A stretch of DNA of 38,745 nucleotides from Chitinophagaceae bacterium (lineage in GTDB: Bacteria > Bacteroidota > Bacteroidia > Chitinophagales > Chitinophagaceae): contig DATBFI010000337.1 in assembly GCA_036558585.1 (NCBI GenBank), positions 1-38,745 on the forward strand. The letters run 5' to 3'. A program made the position numbers and the translations under genes. The notes beneath the pieces are model-generated. The model had not been told where the DNA came from. It saw only the letters and a program-made list of their open reading frames with translations, and ran no database searches. This document shows, piece after piece, positions 37,401 to 38,745 of the stretch (its first letter is position 1; each line of letters starts with the position of its first letter).

Positions 37401-37820
37401 GTTAACAGTTAACGTACCATCATTTATCAAGCTCCCGGGGTCATTTCTATCATGCCGGAAATGAGTAAAAATACCTGTAGCAGGGTTTAAGCGATCAATG
37501 CCCGACGAGCTTGTAGCAATCCATATATAGCCGGCTTTATCGGCTATTACAGCATAAATATTATTGTTGGAAAGTGAATTTGGATTGAATGGTTCATTGT
37601 GGTAAGAAGTGTATTGGTATCCATCATATTTATATAAACCGTTTGAAGTTGCAAGCCACAAGAACCCTTGTGTATCCTGTGTAATATCGGCAATTAAAGA
37701 GCCCGCATCCTCCGAAGGGCGGGGCACCTTACTAAAATGGATGTCTTGTGCAAAGCTTATAAAATGAAAACATAAAAACACCGTGGGAAGAAACAGAGAA
37801 AATGACAAACGCATTTTCAT
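34449..37820 (-). CDS. sensor histidine kinase with two-component-regulator beta-propeller repeats and Y_Y_Y domain
   Basis: 1123 aa with a signal peptide. Many (F/I)W(I/V)(A/G)T..GL..(Y/L)(D/N) propeller blades are followed by a Y_Y_Y-like segment (YYTLQNYDNAWRKAGDEKTAYYFNLPPGNYVFKVKA) and a TM segment (WWFRILSVVAMIFVVYAIV). The H-box and HATPase_c core are the same as in the two neighbours. There is no receiver or AraC domain. Confidence 0.9.
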   Translation of the reverse strand: MKMRLSFSLFLPTVFLCFHFISFAQDIHFSKVPRPSEDAGSLIADITQDTQGFLWLATSNGLYKYDGYQYTSYHNEPFNPNSLSNNNIYAVIADKAGYIWIATSSSGIDRLNPATGIFTHFRHDRNDPGSLINDGTLTVNQDSEGTIWIGTLGGLDRYDNRTNKFFHYTHKASDPSSLSCNVVMTIYEDKQGTLWVGTGTPFEGFDSCIGGLNKLNKQTGKFTRYLHDDKDPHSLIDNRVGTIFEDSHGNFWVGTAGDGLHTMNRAKGIFERHLYDAAHPDKLSRPPVKNTYSGAEDYITFITEDGKGRIWIGTFEGGINVYDPFTQKTYYYGAGTNSKEKLENNDFWATYKTGDNVIWVGTYGQTQYNTYGSSLYKIVPYQTVLPHTETGNPSLCFANDDAHSLWIGATKGLMHKERNGKEEQFLINKDTSSPSNVITYIEKDSNKFWVATLNGLYLFDLIAKKFSSYHPANVSNSLLPDSIIAITKTEGNKLFLACLHGLYLMDTRSETVTRFQNNLNDTTSVSNNFVITVSIDKKQNVWAGTISGLNLLNKQTGKFKRYLNDLSVSSIVEDSEGNIWCSTNGGLFKYNKESDKFVNFIDETGIITASLQVYGLKEDHERNLWLVTQKGVIRINKERNIAVLYGNNQGVNTQALLPFRSLYILQNGEICFADASGYYNFKPELLVQNVSPPYISINNFLLNNVAVQPSANGILSAPLPQTKEILLKYNQNTFSFEFSSIDFISAHEDTRLFYTLQNYDNAWRKAGDEKTAYYFNLPPGNYVFKVKAINAAGVAAEKNISIVITPPWWETWWFRILSVVAMIFVVYAIVQQHSRNLKKQNITLEEKVTQRTKELEHSLEELRQTQSQLIQSEKMASLGELTAGIAHEIQNPLNFVNNFSEVNVELVDELKGERHKVKGERNEVEDEILNDIQNNLQKILHHGKRADAIVKGMLQHSRANTGKKEPTDINALADEYLRLSYHGMRAKDKDFNAEIKTEFDVSVEKINIVPQDIGRVLLNLFNNAFYAIGERLKVEGEGYVPVVTVVTKKLNDKVEIKVSDNGTGIPQKITDKIFQPFFTTKPTGQGTGLGLSLAYDIIKAHGGEIKVETKEGEGTKFIIQLVA

Positions 37821-37854
37821 ATCATTAGTTTATTTGAAGATAATCAGAAAATGC

Positions 37855-38745
37855 TTAGAGTTTTAAGAGAATTACAAACGCTGTTCCTTCCCCTTCCTTC
37901 GTTTCCACTTTTATCTCTCCACCATGTGCTTTGATGATATCATAGCTCAAACTCAAACCCAGTCCTGTTCCTTGTCCTGTTGGTTTTGTTGTGAAGAACG
38001 GTTGAAAAATTTTATCAATAACTTTTTGAGGAATGCCGATACCGTTGTCAGCAACACGTATCTCGATGCCCCCATCCCCTGAAGGGGAGTTGATGCGCTT
38101 CGTGCAAACAGAAACAGTGGGTTTATACTGTTGTTCTGCTGAGCCTGGCGAAGCATTTTGCGTCACAGCACTTCGACTTCGCTCAGCGCAGGCATAAAAA
38201 GCGTTATTGAATAAGTTGAGCAACACTCTTCCCATATCCTGCGGAACGAGATTTATTTTTCCAATTGTATTATCAAAATCCGTTTTTATATCAGCATTAA
38301 AATTTTTGTCTTTTGCTCTCATGCCATGATAACTCAATCGCAAATATTCATCTGCCAAAGCATTTATATCTGTTGGTTCTTTTTTTCCTGTACTTGCTCT
38401 TGAATGTTGCAGCATTCCTTTTACAATGGCGTCTGCACGTTTGCCATGATGAAGGATTTTTTGTTCGTTGTCCTTTATATCATCAGCAATTTCGGTTGCC
38501 TGTTCCCGGTTGCCTGTTGCCAGTTCTGTTTTCAATTCATCAATTAATTCTGAATTCACTTCAGAAAAATTATTTACAAAGTTTAACGGGTTTTGTATCT
38601 CATGCGCAATGCCTGCAGTTAGTTCTCCAAGCGAAGCCATCTTTTCTTGTTGGATGAGTTGGGCCTGTGTAGATTTGAGTTGATTTAGCGCATTCTCAAC
38701 TTCTTTGTTTTTTTTGCTTAGCAGAGCGTTTGCTTTTTGTTTAGT
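37855..38745 (-). CDS. sensor histidine kinase, C-terminal part (5' end beyond window)
   Basis: The reading frame stays open from the stop at 37855 to the window edge. Upstream of the listed Met it reads TKQKANALLSKKNKEVENALNQLKSTQAQLIQQEK. The H-box and HATPase_c core are homologous to the two upstream kinases. Confidence 0.85.
   Translation of the reverse strand, partial: TKQKANALLSKKNKEVENALNQLKSTQAQLIQQEKMASLGELTAGIAHEIQNPLNFVNNFSEVNSELIDELKTELATGNREQATEIADDIKDNEQKILHHGKRADAIVKGMLQHSRASTGKKEPTDINALADEYLRLSYHGMRAKDKNFNADIKTDFDNTIGKINLVPQDMGRVLLNLFNNAFYACAERSRSAVTQNASPGSAEQQYKPTVSVCTKRINSPSGDGGIEIRVADNGIGIPQKVIDKIFQPFFTTKPTGQGTGLGLSLSYDIIKAHGGEIKVETKEGEGTAFVILLKL

Noticed and set aside
1-38745. 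Search for tRNA/rRNA genes, transposases, integrases and phage structural genes that might accompany the tail-fibre-like proteins
   Set aside because: No cloverleaf-like GTTCGAATC-type T-arm context, no rRNA-like segments and no DDE, tyrosine- or serine-recombinase motifs were seen. There are no capsid, terminase, baseplate or sheath-like ORFs. The fibre-like genes therefore do not appear to belong to a prophage or tailocin within this window.

Overview
The window looks like chromosomal DNA from a Bacteroidota genome, probably Chitinophagia or Sphingobacteriia. It is AT-rich, has T9SS C-terminal sorting domains and Bacteroidetes-type histidine-kinase cores, and about 30 of 35 genes lie on the minus strand. 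All calls rest on motif recognition in the supplied translations and on reading the nucleotides; no searches were run. Gene content from left to right: (1) three paralogous secreted 'tail-fibre-like' proteins (107-1759, 4383-6131, 6328-8043), interspersed with a PAS/LuxR regulator, an FMN reductase and a small secreted protein; (2) an S9A prolyl oligopeptidase, a di-haem cytochrome c peroxidase and two small tandem paralogs; (3) a methyltransferase, GT1 glycosyltransferase and acyltransferase_3 group; (4) a di-haem cytochrome c, purU and an orphan 215-aa protein; (5) a gene-poor, decayed stretch (19.2-21.3 kb) with a TIM-barrel pseudogene and a stand-alone AraC HTH; (6) a secreted protein with 45-aa tandem repeats, a cyclophilin, a mini-GNAT, an ABC ATPase with a 568-aa polytopic partner, a PepSY-like protein and glutamate dehydrogenase; (7) ccmB-ccmC-ccmD(alt) without the rest of System I; (8) an HD phosphohydrolase fused to a 3-TM module; (9) three tandem orphan histidine kinases with different sensor domains. 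No rRNA, tRNA, CRISPR array, transposase or integrase was recognised. The most interesting signals are as follows. First, the phage-type S74 self-cleaving chaperone domain sits between the fibre and the T9SS sorting domain in all three paralogs, and the three genes are clearly mosaic. Second, the HD plus Pycsar-effector-like membrane fusion has no cyclase nearby. Third, a near-identical palindrome-containing tract of about 190 nt is embedded in frame in the ATPase domains of two of the three kinases.
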